From NCBI GenBank assembly GCA_963674865.2, contig CAXXYE010000009.1:480001-544000 (forward strand): DNA of 64,000 nucleotides. The letters run 5' to 3'. Positions 19,386 through 29,310 of the stretch are shown piece by piece. The translations under genes and the position numbers were made by a program. The first letter of the stretch is position 1, and every line of letters begins with the position of its first letter. The notes under the pieces were generated by a model. The model worked only from the letters and a program-made list of their open reading frames with translations, did not search any database and was not told the DNA's origin. Origin of the DNA: Candidatus Hydrogenedentota bacterium. Lineage in GTDB: Bacteria > Hydrogenedentota > Hydrogenedentia > Hydrogenedentales > SLHB01.

Positions 19386-20705
19386 ATGAGTGATTTCGTG
19401 CGTCGCGTGGATGCCCGTGAAACCCGGGTCGGGATCATCGGCATGGGATATGTTGGCCTGCCGCTGGCCTTTGCCTTTGTGGACAAAGGGTTTCCCGTTA
19501 CCGGTCTTGACGTCGATCCGGCGAAGGTCGACATGCTTCGCCAGGGCAAGTCCTACATCAAGCACATTCCTACTGAAGACATCGCCGCCCTCGGTGAATC
19601 CGGCCTATTCCAGGCCACAACGGATATCAGCCGGGTCGCGGACGTGGAGGCGGTTCTGCTCTGCGTACCCACGCCCCTGACGGTGCAACGCGAGCCGGAT
19701 ATGTCCTATGTCGTATCCACAACGGAGTCGGTGGCGCCCCATCTGCGGAAGGATCACCTTGTTATCCTTGAGAGCACGACGTTTCCCGGCACCACCAGCG
19801 AGGTTATGGTGCCTATTTTGGAGCAAAGCGGCCTGAAGCATGGCGAGGACTTCTATGTGGCTTACTCACCGGAGCGGGAGGACCCGGGCAATCCCGATTT
19901 CACCATGGCGCGCATCCCGAAAGTGGTGGGCGCCGGTACGGAGGAAGGCCGCGCCCGCGCCATGTATCTCTACCAGCAGATCGTGCCTCAGGTGGTGCCT
20001 GTTTCGTCGGCGGAGACGGCGGAGGCCGTGAAACTAACGGAGAATATCTTCCGGTGCGTTAACATCGCGCTCGTCAATGAGTTGAAGGTCGTCTACTCCA
20101 GGATGGGGATAGACGTTTGGGAAGTCATCGAGGCAGCCAAGACCAAACCTTTCGGATTCATGCCCTTCTATCCGGGCCCGGGCCTAGGGGGACATTGCGT
20201 GCCCATCGACCCCTTCTACCTCACGTGGAAGGCGCGGGAGTTCGGCTGCGCCACGCGATTCATCGAGCTGGCGGGCGAGATCAACGTGAGCATGCCGGAG
20301 TACGTCATACATGCCACGATGGAGGCCCTGAATGAGCAAGGCAAGGCGCTGCGAGGCTCGAAGGTCTTGATCATCGGGCTTTCCTATAAGAAGGATGTGG
20401 ACGACCTGCGCGAGAGTCCATCGCTGGTGCTTATCGAGTTGCTGGCCGCCAAAGGCGCGGAGGTCGACTTCCACGATCCCTTCGTGGACATCATCAAGGT
20501 AACTCGGAAACACCCGGCGCTTGCGGGGCGCTCCAGCATTGAGCTAAGTCCCGAGACGCTCGGGGCATACGACGTCGTGCTCATTGCGACTGATCACAGC
20601 TGCATTGACTACGAACAGGTTGTGGCAGGGGCGCAACTTGTTGTAGACACCCGCAACGCCACCAAGAATGTTGTGAAGGGCCGTGAGAAGATCGTGAAGG
20701 CCTAG
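19386..20705 (+). CDS. Nucleotide-sugar (UDP-GlcNAc-type) 6-dehydrogenase
   Basis: GIIGMGYVGLPLA, CVPTP, ESTTFPGTT, SPEREDPGN, GPGLGGHCVPIDP and DLRESP. Confidence 0.93.
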   Translation: MSDFVRRVDARETRVGIIGMGYVGLPLAFAFVDKGFPVTGLDVDPAKVDMLRQGKSYIKHIPTEDIAALGESGLFQATTDISRVADVEAVLLCVPTPLTVQREPDMSYVVSTTESVAPHLRKDHLVILESTTFPGTTSEVMVPILEQSGLKHGEDFYVAYSPEREDPGNPDFTMARIPKVVGAGTEEGRARAMYLYQQIVPQVVPVSSAETAEAVKLTENIFRCVNIALVNELKVVYSRMGIDVWEVIEAAKTKPFGFMPFYPGPGLGGHCVPIDPFYLTWKAREFGCATRFIELAGEINVSMPEYVIHATMEALNEQGKALRGSKVLIIGLSYKKDVDDLRESPSLVLIELLAAKGAEVDFHDPFVDIIKVTRKHPALAGRSSIELSPETLGAYDVVLIATDHSCIDYEQVVAGAQLVVDTRNATKNVVKGREKIVKA

Positions 20706-20759
20706 TCTCGACTCATCCGTAGCTCTGGGAGGAATCTGCCTTTGGTGCAAGTGTAGTGC

Positions 20760-20788
20760 CTAAAGCTTGGAGGGAAGTGCGCCGATAA
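20760..20788 (+). promoter_or_regulatory. Sigma-28 (FliA/SigD-type) promoter
   Basis: CTAAAG...GCCGATAA (TAAA-N16-GCCGATAA) lies 65 nt upstream of the ATG at 20853. Confidence 0.75.
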
Positions 20789-20852
20789 GATTAGTGCACG
20801 TTTCGCGACGGCAACAGCAATTCTAGGGGTGTGGACCCCCGGAGAACGCACA

Positions 20853-22157
20853 ATGGGCACGCCTTTCTTTCCCACGGACACTATGTCGTTTCCTCCCTTA
20901 CTCCCGTCTATTCAATCCGGCACCGCGGGAAAAGGCCCTGTTCATAAGGCCGATTCACCCCAACAGCGGGTGGCGAGCTCTGTGGGCGATGGGCCTCTAG
21001 AGGCGGCCGATGAGCTAAACGCACTTGTGTACCATGCCGAGATGCGGCAGGTGGCCCTGGCGGCGGAATTCCAGAAAGTCGCCTGGCAATCCAGTGGCGA
21101 TGAGGCCGCGGAGGCCGGCGTTTCGGGGGAGTTCCAGCAACTCACGTTCGATTTCTTCGCGGAGAGCCGGGTCGAGGAAGTGGTATTCTTTCAGGAGCGC
21201 GTGGACGCCGCGGCCGCCGGGCTTGAGGGCGAGCAGCAGGAGACGTTTGTTGAGGCGAGCCGGCGTGTGAGTGCCCGGTTCTCTATGTCGATGGAAGTGT
21301 CCGGGGTGGTCTTGAACGGGTTTGCGGGCGCCGCCGAGGGTTTGCAGGGGGACGAAGGCCAGGATATGGACGTGTTCCTGGGCTTCGTGGACGATATGCT
21401 GGAGAAGGCGGATGATATCCTGAACCGGATATTTGAGTTGCTGGACGGCTTCTTCGAGGCCGGCGGGGATATTCAGGACAGGTTCACGGCTTTCCTAAAC
21501 GACCTGATGGAGCTCGAACTCCCCGCGCTGTCGGCGTCATCCGATGCCGCTACGACGCAGGGAAGCAGCCAGGCGCAGTCCTTCCAGCTCCAGGTGCAAT
21601 TGGAGTTCAGCTTCTCGTTCAGCGCGGAGATCCGAGTGGAGCAGACGGCGGTGCAGCAGTCGGATCCGATAGTCCTTGACCTCGACGGCGACGGGATCGA
21701 ACTCACGAGCTACACGCGCGGGGCGCGGTTCGACATTCAGGGGACGGGGCAGGCCGTGACCACCGCCTTTGTCAACGGCGGCGACGCGTTTCTGGCCCTC
21801 GATCGTAATGGCAACGGCCTGATCGATAGCGGCGGAGAGTTGTTTGGTGATCAGCACGGGGCCGCAAACGGATACGAGGAGCTGCGAAAGCTCGATGCCA
21901 ATCAGGATGGCGTTATCAACGATTTGGATCCGGATTTCGGCCGGTTACTGTTGTTTCGCGATGACGGCGACGGCCAAACCGAGGATGGGGAGTTGCTCAC
22001 GCTCGCGGAGGCGGGGATTGCCGAACTCGGCCTAAGGTATTCCCAAGTGGACGTGCGGGCCGCCGGGGGCAATCGTATGGCGCAATTGGCCTCATTCCGC
22101 CGTACGGACGGCACGCTCGGCCGGGCCGGTGACGCGATACTGAACTTTGTGGCGTAG
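20853..22157 (+). CDS. Acidic protein with C-terminal DPIVLDLDGDG / EF-hand-like Ca-binding domain
   Basis: SDPIVLDLDGDGIEL, FLALDRNGNGLIDSGGELFG and LDANQDGVINDLD. RBS GGAGA at 20841; no Sec signal is seen. Confidence 0.7.
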   Translation: MGTPFFPTDTMSFPPLLPSIQSGTAGKGPVHKADSPQQRVASSVGDGPLEAADELNALVYHAEMRQVALAAEFQKVAWQSSGDEAAEAGVSGEFQQLTFDFFAESRVEEVVFFQERVDAAAAGLEGEQQETFVEASRRVSARFSMSMEVSGVVLNGFAGAAEGLQGDEGQDMDVFLGFVDDMLEKADDILNRIFELLDGFFEAGGDIQDRFTAFLNDLMELELPALSASSDAATTQGSSQAQSFQLQVQLEFSFSFSAEIRVEQTAVQQSDPIVLDLDGDGIELTSYTRGARFDIQGTGQAVTTAFVNGGDAFLALDRNGNGLIDSGGELFGDQHGAANGYEELRKLDANQDGVINDLDPDFGRLLLFRDDGDGQTEDGELLTLAEAGIAELGLRYSQVDVRAAGGNRMAQLASFRRTDGTLGRAGDAILNFVA

Positions 22158-22165
22158 CGACACTG

Positions 22166-23305
22166 TCAGGGCGCGTATATCCACTCGACGGGGAAGGTGA
22201 CGACGCGGCTCCGATTGAGGCCGCCGATGGTTTTGTTTCCCGCGCAATACGCCAACAGGACGCGGTCGTCTGCGAAGTCGATGGCGGTGTAGCAGAACCA
22301 CCCCTCCGGATCTTCTTCGATGTTCTTCACGTGCCGCCAGGTTTGCCCTTCGTCTTGAGATACGGCGATGGTGAGGGGCGTGCGCTTGCCCTTCAAGTCT
22401 TCCGCGATGTTCTTGTGATCATTCCATACGAGCAAAAGATCGCCGGTTTGGGGGATGCGGGCGATACTGGCGGGGGACAATGTCGAAAGGAGGTCCGTAG
22501 GCTCCGCGGGGGTCCATGTCACGCCGCCGTCGTCCGACCACGAGCGATACTGGCAGCCGAGGTCCGTCCGGCAGAGCATCATCAGGCGGCCGTCTTTGAG
22601 CTCGATGACGCCGGGCTCTTGGAGTCCTGAGCCGCTGTCCGGAGGCGCTTCGAGGACGCTCTCGCTCGCGTGCCAAGTTTTGCCCGCATCGTCTGAAAGA
22701 AAGCACAGCGCCGCGCTGCGGCCGCTGAACTCGGCGCCGTCTTCGCAGTGCCGGGCCGCGGGAATGACAAGCCGGCCGCCGGCGAGCTGTACGACGCGGC
22801 TATTGTTCACCACGAAATAGCCTATCGGCTCGATGCACAGGGTCGGCTCGCTCCAGGTTCGGGCCTCATCCGTCGAGAGGCGCATGTAGCAGCGGCAGTC
22901 GGCGAGGGAGTTCTTTCGTAGATAGAAGAGGGCGATCTCTCCTGTTTGTAGCCGCAGGAGGGAAACGGACATGATGTTCATGCCGCCCTCGTTGGGCAGT
23001 ACCAAGGCGTCCTGCTCGTCCCACGTCAGCCCGTTGTCCAGCGAGAATCTGCCGGCGAGGTGGGCGGTGCCGTGATCGCTGGCGCTTCCTGTAAAATGGG
23101 TGTAGACGAACATGAGGCGGCCATCCTCTAGCCGGATGAAGTCGCCTTCCGAATTCCGTGGATTTCCCTCGCTCGGGGACAACACCAGAACCTGCTTTAC
23201 GCCTTCCATTTCATTCCTTCCTTCATTGCCGGATTCGGCCCACACCGTGGCTGGAGCACACACCAACACACACGCGCACACTGTGACGCGCAGAGTGCTC
23301 TGCAC
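22166..23305 (-). CDS. BNR/Asp-box sialidase-family protein
   Basis: Five Asp boxes (SLDNGLTW, STDEARTW, SDDAGKTW, SDDGGVTW, SQDEGQTW), plus QEPGVIEL and RTPL. The GTG start overlaps the cstA stop. Confidence 0.85.
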   Translation of the reverse strand: MQSTLRVTVCACVLVCAPATVWAESGNEGRNEMEGVKQVLVLSPSEGNPRNSEGDFIRLEDGRLMFVYTHFTGSASDHGTAHLAGRFSLDNGLTWDEQDALVLPNEGGMNIMSVSLLRLQTGEIALFYLRKNSLADCRCYMRLSTDEARTWSEPTLCIEPIGYFVVNNSRVVQLAGGRLVIPAARHCEDGAEFSGRSAALCFLSDDAGKTWHASESVLEAPPDSGSGLQEPGVIELKDGRLMMLCRTDLGCQYRSWSDDGGVTWTPAEPTDLLSTLSPASIARIPQTGDLLLVWNDHKNIAEDLKGKRTPLTIAVSQDEGQTWRHVKNIEEDPEGWFCYTAIDFADDRVLLAYCAGNKTIGGLNRSRVVTFPVEWIYAP

Positions 23306-25131
23306 TACTCGGCGCCCTGTTGTTCCGCCGCAGTCGACGCGGGCGCCCTGGTTTTGGCCAATGGGGGCAGGGGTTTGGGCAACACGCCGCGGGCGCCCCG
23401 CCAAAGCATGGCCGCCTCGACAAACATCCAAACTTGAAGTGCCTCGATGGCGATGCCGAAGCCGACGAGCAGCCACTTGCCCGCCGCGTACCAGTCGTGG
23501 ATCTTGGTGATCATGGCCCAAGCCGGCATGATGAGCATGATGGCCACGGGCGCCGCGAGGAACCAAACCGGCTTCGAGTGTCGAACCAGGTAGAACGCGA
23601 CCACCAGAAAGGCTAGGCCGGCGAGAAGTTGATTCGTCGCGCCGAATAGCGGCCACAGGATCAGCCCGCCCGAGCCGGGGCCGTTGGGGCCGGGCAGCAG
23701 CGCCAACGCGCCGCCCGCGGCCACGGCGATGAACGTCGCTAAGTACTTGTTGCCAAGGAGAGGAATTCTCGTTACGGCGCTCAGTTCCTGGATGACGTAG
23801 CGCTGGAGCCTAGTGGCCGTGTCGAGCGTGGTTGCCGCGAAGCATGAAACCATGACGGCGATGATACCAACCGCAAGCGGGCGAGGCAGGCCGAGGGCGG
23901 CGATCATGTTTCCTCCGCCCTCGACGAAGGCCCCAACTTTGCGGCCGAGCGACATGCCCGCCCATTCCCCGCCATAGTAGCTCTGCCATGCCGACGCGCC
24001 CGTCACTGTCGCCTCACCGGTTGTCACGCCCATGCCGAGTCCGGCGCAGCAGGCCGCGATGACGAAGACGGCGAGCAAGGCTTCGACGAGCATGCTGCCG
24101 TAGCCGACATATTGGGCGTCGGACTCGCTGGCGAGCTGTTTGGCCGTCGTGCCGGAGGAAACGAGGCAGTGAAAGCCGGACACGGCGCCGCAGGCCACGG
24201 TGATGAACAGGAAAGGGAAGATGGGCGGCGCGTCCGCCGGGGGAGTCGGATTGATGGCCGGTGCGGCGAGAGTGGGATGCGCCACGACAATGCCGAGGAA
24301 GAGGAGCAGTAGCGCAATGACGAGCAGAATCGAGTTGATATAATCACGCGGCTGCAAGAGGACCCATACGGGCAGGATGCTGGCGATGAAGCAATAGAGG
24401 AGCAGAAAGCCTGTCCAGATCGCGACTTCGGAGTATAGGCCCCCCAGGAATCCGGCGTCGGCCGCCGGGAATCGGGGAATCCCGAAGATCTCGTTGAGGG
24501 AGAAGGGAAAGTGATACACCCCGAGGTAGACCGCCGCGAGCAGGGCGGCGAGGGCGAGCAAGGACGGGATGGCCAGGCCGGCGCCTTTCCGGTGGAGGGC
24601 CAAGCCGAACACCACCGCGACCGGCATGGCAATCCAGACGGGAAGGACGGTGCCCGGGTAGATCGAGAACAGGAGGGCAATGACGAGGCCAAAAATCCCG
24701 ATGACGACGGTGAGCACGAAGAACAAGATGAGGAAGAAGAGGGCGCGGGCGCGCGCTGAGATCATGCGTCCCGCGACGTCGCCGAGCGATTGGCCGCGGG
24801 AACGGAGGGACACCACCAGGGCGCCGAAGTCGTGAACCGCGCCGATGAAGATCGAGCCGAGGAGGACCCATAGCAACGCGGGCAGCCATCCCCAGAATAC
24901 CGCGATGGCGGGGCCGACGATGGGGCCGGTGCCGGCGATGGAGGTGAAGTGATGTCCGAAGATTACCTCGCGCCGCGTCGGGACGTAGTCGATGCCGTCT
25001 TCGAGTTCGTGAGACGGCACCACGGCGTTCGCATTCAGCCCGAAGATGCGCCGGGACAGGAAGCGCCCGTACGTGTGGTAGGCCAAGAGGAATCCGAGGG
25101 CCGACAGAATAACGATGATCAAGGTATCCAT
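23305..25131 (-). CDS. cstA: Carbon starvation protein A family transporter
   Basis: DGIDYVP, FGHHFTSIAGTGPIVGP, LLQPRDYIN, ACGAVSGFH, TTLDTATRLQR and LWPLFGATNQLLA. Confidence 0.93.
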   Translation of the reverse strand: MDTLIIVILSALGFLLAYHTYGRFLSRRIFGLNANAVVPSHELEDGIDYVPTRREVIFGHHFTSIAGTGPIVGPAIAVFWGWLPALLWVLLGSIFIGAVHDFGALVVSLRSRGQSLGDVAGRMISARARALFFLILFFVLTVVIGIFGLVIALLFSIYPGTVLPVWIAMPVAVVFGLALHRKGAGLAIPSLLALAALLAAVYLGVYHFPFSLNEIFGIPRFPAADAGFLGGLYSEVAIWTGFLLLYCFIASILPVWVLLQPRDYINSILLVIALLLLFLGIVVAHPTLAAPAINPTPPADAPPIFPFLFITVACGAVSGFHCLVSSGTTAKQLASESDAQYVGYGSMLVEALLAVFVIAACCAGLGMGVTTGEATVTGASAWQSYYGGEWAGMSLGRKVGAFVEGGGNMIAALGLPRPLAVGIIAVMVSCFAATTLDTATRLQRYVIQELSAVTRIPLLGNKYLATFIAVAAGGALALLPGPNGPGSGGLILWPLFGATNQLLAGLAFLVVAFYLVRHSKPVWFLAAPVAIMLIMPAWAMITKIHDWYAAGKWLLVGFGIAIEALQVWMFVEAAMLWRGARGVLPKPLPPLAKTRAPASTAAEQQGAE

Positions 25132-25316
25132 AACGCACTCTCCCGGAGACTATTGGGCAACGCGCCCAACGCGAGCGGCAAAGATCTTGCCGCCTTGAAC
25201 CTCCGGCTTGGAGTATACCGCAGGGCGCGGCGATGATTGAATCGGAGGCCCCGTTGAGTTCCGAAGGGAGTCGGACTCAGTCAGATGGCTCAGAAGAGGC
25301 GGAGGTCTCCCTGCGG

Positions 25317-26762
25317 TCAGGGCGCGTTTTCGTCGTCAGGTCCTTCAGGTTTCGTGAGAGCCCGTTCGCTGCGGCCGACGACGACGGCGCCCACGCTGTC
25401 TCCGGTGACGTTGACAAGCGTGCGGCACATGTCGAGAAAGCGGTCGACGCCGATGACGATGCCCACGCCTTGAACTGGGATGCCTGCGGACAGAAGTACG
25501 ATGGTCATCAGGCCGACGCTGGCGCCGGGGATGCCCGCGGAGCCGACGGAGACGATGACGGCGGTGAGGAAAACCATGAATTGTTGCTCGATGGTCAGGT
25601 TCATTCCGTAGACTTGGGCGATGAAGAGGCTAGCAACGGCCTGGTAGAGGGCCGTGCCGTCCATGTTGATGGTGGCGCCGAGGGGGAGCATGAAGCTGCA
25701 CACGTGGCGGCTCACGCCGACTCGCCGCGAGGCGCAGTCGAGCGTCACCGGGAGGGTGGCGGAGCTTGACGAGGTGCTGAAGGCGAGTTGAAGGGCCGGG
25801 GCCATGCCACGGAAGAAGCGCACGGGGGATATCCGGCCGAATAGCGATAGTAGGACAACCGTAAGCACAATGAAGTGAATCCCGAGGCCAAGCAGGACGG
25901 TTAGGCAGTACTTGGCGAGAAGGATGATAGAGCCCAGGCCGAGGGTCGCGACGGCCTTGGCCATCAGGGAGAAGACGCCGATCGGCGCTAGGTACATGAT
26001 CCAGAGCACAATGGTGATCAGGGCGCCATCCATGCTCTGGAAGAAGTGGAGTGCGGGAAGGCCCTTTTCGTTGTTGGCGGCGAGGGCGGCCCCCAGCAGG
26101 AGGGCGAAGAAAATGACGGCGAGGATAGCGCCCTTCGCCATGGCGCCCATGGGATTCTGCGCCACTTGGGGAAGGATGCGCTGCTGGATCTTCGCCCCGG
26201 GGGACAGTGACTCACCGGCGTTCTGGCCGCCGGTCGCGGATTGGGCTTGGGCTGCGTCAAGGCTCAGTCGCAGGTTTTCGCGTCCGGCGCCGGGCTGAAT
26301 GATGTTGACGCACGCAAGGCCGATGAGCACGGCGATGCCGGTTGTGGTGAAGTAGTAGGCGAGGGTCTTGGTGCCAAGTGAGCCCAGCCTGCGCACGTCG
26401 CCGATACCGGCCACTCCGCAGACGATCGACACAAATACGAGGGGCACAATGACCATCTTCAGGAGCAGGATGAAGAGCTGCCCGAAGATCCCGATGTAGT
26501 CGGCGACAAGGGCCTCGCGGCCGGTCTTGGCCAAAAGCCAGCCTGCTAGGATGCCGGTGATCATCGCGATGAAGATTTGCATGGGCTGGCCGAGGAAGGA
26601 GGGAAGGAGAAAAAGGAAGATCAGCGCCGCCGCAAAGATGATCGTACTATGCAGTAGGATCGAAGCAGGGGCCGGAAAGCCGGATTCGGGCCAGACGGAG
26701 ATGAGTCCTAAGGCCACAGACAGAAGCGCTGTGCCGATGATGTAGTAGCGACGCCCCTTCAT
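25317..26762 (-). CDS. Dicarboxylate/amino acid:cation symporter (DAACS/GltP family)
   Basis: AFSTSSSSATLP, LPLGATINMDGTAL, SAGIPG and DRFLDMCRTLVNVTGD. Confidence 0.95.
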   Translation of the reverse strand: MKGRRYYIIGTALLSVALGLISVWPESGFPAPASILLHSTIIFAAALIFLFLLPSFLGQPMQIFIAMITGILAGWLLAKTGREALVADYIGIFGQLFILLLKMVIVPLVFVSIVCGVAGIGDVRRLGSLGTKTLAYYFTTTGIAVLIGLACVNIIQPGAGRENLRLSLDAAQAQSATGGQNAGESLSPGAKIQQRILPQVAQNPMGAMAKGAILAVIFFALLLGAALAANNEKGLPALHFFQSMDGALITIVLWIMYLAPIGVFSLMAKAVATLGLGSIILLAKYCLTVLLGLGIHFIVLTVVLLSLFGRISPVRFFRGMAPALQLAFSTSSSSATLPVTLDCASRRVGVSRHVCSFMLPLGATINMDGTALYQAVASLFIAQVYGMNLTIEQQFMVFLTAVIVSVGSAGIPGASVGLMTIVLLSAGIPVQGVGIVIGVDRFLDMCRTLVNVTGDSVGAVVVGRSERALTKPEGPDDENAP

Positions 26763-26863
26763 TCCGTTTTCCAGTGGATGCCCGCGCTTGTCTGGTGACG
26801 GCGGGTTTGGGGGATGGAAGACCTGCCCAGGGTGTTCCTACGGGGGCAAAGCGTCATGAAGTT

Positions 26864-26980
26864 CTATTTCGGATTCAGGAACTTGAAGAGGACAAAAGAA
26901 ACAACGAACGCGCTGCCGGCGACAAACCACCACTTGTTGGCAAAAATCCAGTCAACTATGGCCGCCGTATCAAACGTCAT
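26864..26980 (-). CDS. 38-aa single-pass small membrane protein (below the ORF-track cutoff)
   Basis: MTFDTAAIVDWIFANKWWFVAGSAFVVSFVLFKFLNPK*, with SD GAGGTG 5 nt before the ATG. It fills the gap between two co-oriented genes. Confidence 0.65.
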   Translation of the reverse strand: MTFDTAAIVDWIFANKWWFVAGSAFVVSFVLFKFLNPK

Positions 26981-27012
26981 CTTGACACCTCATACCTGAA
27001 GCCACGCGGGCC

Positions 27013-27681
27013 TCACTTATCGAACTTGTCGAGCACCTTCTCCCGCCATTCCGTGCGTCCCTGCTCCGTTGTGTAGGTTCGGTTCCCGACGCGCTGCTCG
27101 TCGGCCAGTTTTTTGCGGCGTTCATTCTCGGCGTAGATGCCCCATATCGAGGCGATAATGGTGGCAATGCCGATGGTCAGGCCAACGAAGCAGCGGGGGC
27201 GGTCGTCAAAATATTCCTCTTTGGTAAGGCCCCACACCGCCCAGAAGACGCCCAGCGCCGATACCAATATCACCAGATAACCGGTCCATGGCAGCGTGCT
27301 CAAGCGGAAGCCCGGCACCAGCAATACCACTAGAATGACCAGCGCGCCTGCGCCTACCGCGTAGAGACTCATCAGCCACGGCGGCGTCGGTTTCCGGGCG
27401 CTAGCGACAAGGGCCTCGGCCTGGACTTCCTCCTCTGCCGGGCGTTCAGACTCGGCCTCGTGCGCTTCCGTGGCGGCCGCGTGTCGTTCGGCGCGTCGAC
27501 TGTCCCGCTCTTCCATACATTGGACGCAAAGAATTCGCCCGCTGCGTGTTTCGTGGACGTGTTCGGGGCATATGAGCTTGCTGCAATGGCTGCACTTGAT
27601 GGCGCATTCTTCGCACAGCAGCTTCCTGCACTCGACGCAAAAGCCCACCGAACTCCGGAGATTGCAGACATCACATTCCAT
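27013..27681 (-). CDS. Cys-rich (B-box-like zinc finger) membrane protein
   Basis: MECDVC...CVECRKLLCEECAIKCSHCSKLICPEH...CVQC followed by three TM helices. RBS GGGAGG precedes the ATG at 27681. Confidence 0.7.
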   Translation of the reverse strand: MECDVCNLRSSVGFCVECRKLLCEECAIKCSHCSKLICPEHVHETRSGRILCVQCMEERDSRRAERHAAATEAHEAESERPAEEEVQAEALVASARKPTPPWLMSLYAVGAGALVILVVLLVPGFRLSTLPWTGYLVILVSALGVFWAVWGLTKEEYFDDRPRCFVGLTIGIATIIASIWGIYAENERRKKLADEQRVGNRTYTTEQGRTEWREKVLDKFDK

Positions 27682-27819
27682 GATATCGCCTCCCTTCTCG
27701 ATGAAGCACCCCGTGTAATCTAGCATACCAACAGGTGGTTTGCAATGGCCGGAGGTCCGCCGTGCGTCCGCATTGGCCTGTCCGGAAGGCTCACGGCCCA
27801 CGACGGACAATCCGTTTGG

Positions 27820-29310
27820 CTAGAGGTATCCCATCGCTCTGAGTTGCTCGACCGATTCCTCGTCCTGGCGAACCCATTCTGGCGGGCCGTAGACGGCGGC
27901 CAGGTCCTCATTACGCTTCATCTGGTTGAGGAGCGCGTCAATGAGCGCCTGGCGCTTGTCCGGCGCGAGGTCGGCCACTGGTTTGGTTTCGCCCGGGTCT
28001 TTTTCTCGGTCGTAAATCGTGAATTCCTTCGTGTCGACGTCGAGAATCACCTTGTAGGGCTCGACAATAACGCTGTAAAGCGGCCTTCGAGCCAGTTCGC
28101 TGGCAACGGCTTCGTTAGCTGTTGCTGTGCATTCGCCGGACGCCGAGAACAGGCTCTTGGCCTGCAAACCTTCCGGTATGGGCAGGCCCGCCAAGGTGAG
28201 GAGCGAGGGATACAGATCAAACATGCTTACGGCGCGTTCTACGCGCACGTGTGTCGTCGCGCCCGGCGGGCAGATGATCAGAGGTACGTGAAGCACTTCG
28301 TCGAACAAAGACCGGCCATGGCCTATGCCCCCGTGTTCGCGGAATTCCTCGCCGTGATCCGAGACAAAGGCTATGGTGGTGCGTGAACGGCAGCCAAGCT
28401 CGTCCACCTTGTCCAGGAGCCGCTTCAACTGATCGTCCACGTGGCGGATCTCGGCGTCGTAGCGCATGCGCAGGAAGTCAAGCCCTTCCGGCGAAAGCTC
28501 GCTCAACTTAACGCCTTCGAATGGCTGCTGCCCATGCACCCACGCCTCGTATACGCCGTGGTAGCGTCGGACGATCTTCATGTCGCGTTCCGACGGGGCG
28601 GCCACGTCGCCAAAGAGTGTTTGGAAGCTTTCCTGGGGCGGGTTGTAGGGATGGTGCGGATCAATGGCGTGAACGTACAAGAAGAAGGGCTCCTGAACGT
28701 CTTTGTCGAGCCAATCCAGCACGAGGTCCATCTGCGGCTTCGGGTCGATGAAGCGCCCAAAATGTCGTTTCTCGAAGCCTTGCATGAATCCGTATTCTTC
28801 TTGAAGATGCGTATTGGACTGGAAGATCGCCGTGTGATAGCCACCCGCCAGGAAGGCCTCTCCCATGGTGAGGAAGGCGTCCCGGAGCACCTGCGCCTCG
28901 TAATAGGCCTGGTTGTTGTCCCGTCGCGACACCGTCGCTTGGTGAACGGAGGCTTGCACGCCCGTCAACATCGACGCTACGGAGGGCCGCGTCCACGAGC
29001 ATTGCGCGTAACACCGCTCGAAGAGGAATCCTTGTTCGGCGAGGGCGTCGATCGTTGGTGACGTGGGACGGTCATAGCCGTAGCAGCCGAGGTGCCGCGC
29101 CCCAAGCGTGTCCGACAGGAAGACGATAACGTTGGGCTTGGCTGGATGGACAGCCGCCGACGGTGTGTCGGGGCGTGTCTCTGAAGTCGCCTCGGCCTGG
29201 ACGGGGTCCGGCCGCGCGCCGCAGCCGACCAGGAAGCCAAGGCAAACCAAGGAGGCAGCCCACAGCAAGAAGCGCCGCCGCATCGGCGGCTTTGGATTAG
29301 CCAGAGTCAT
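27820..29310 (-). CDS. Sulfatase-fold lipoprotein (Thr at the nucleophile position)
   Basis: Lipobox LVGC, NVIVFLSDTL, SWTRPSVASMLTG, DPHHPY, SDHGEEF..HG...HG and C-terminal LRAMGYL. Confidence 0.85.
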   Translation of the reverse strand: MTLANPKPPMRRRFLLWAASLVCLGFLVGCGARPDPVQAEATSETRPDTPSAAVHPAKPNVIVFLSDTLGARHLGCYGYDRPTSPTIDALAEQGFLFERCYAQCSWTRPSVASMLTGVQASVHQATVSRRDNNQAYYEAQVLRDAFLTMGEAFLAGGYHTAIFQSNTHLQEEYGFMQGFEKRHFGRFIDPKPQMDLVLDWLDKDVQEPFFLYVHAIDPHHPYNPPQESFQTLFGDVAAPSERDMKIVRRYHGVYEAWVHGQQPFEGVKLSELSPEGLDFLRMRYDAEIRHVDDQLKRLLDKVDELGCRSRTTIAFVSDHGEEFREHGGIGHGRSLFDEVLHVPLIICPPGATTHVRVERAVSMFDLYPSLLTLAGLPIPEGLQAKSLFSASGECTATANEAVASELARRPLYSVIVEPYKVILDVDTKEFTIYDREKDPGETKPVADLAPDKRQALIDALLNQMKRNEDLAAVYGPPEWVRQDEESVEQLRAMGYL

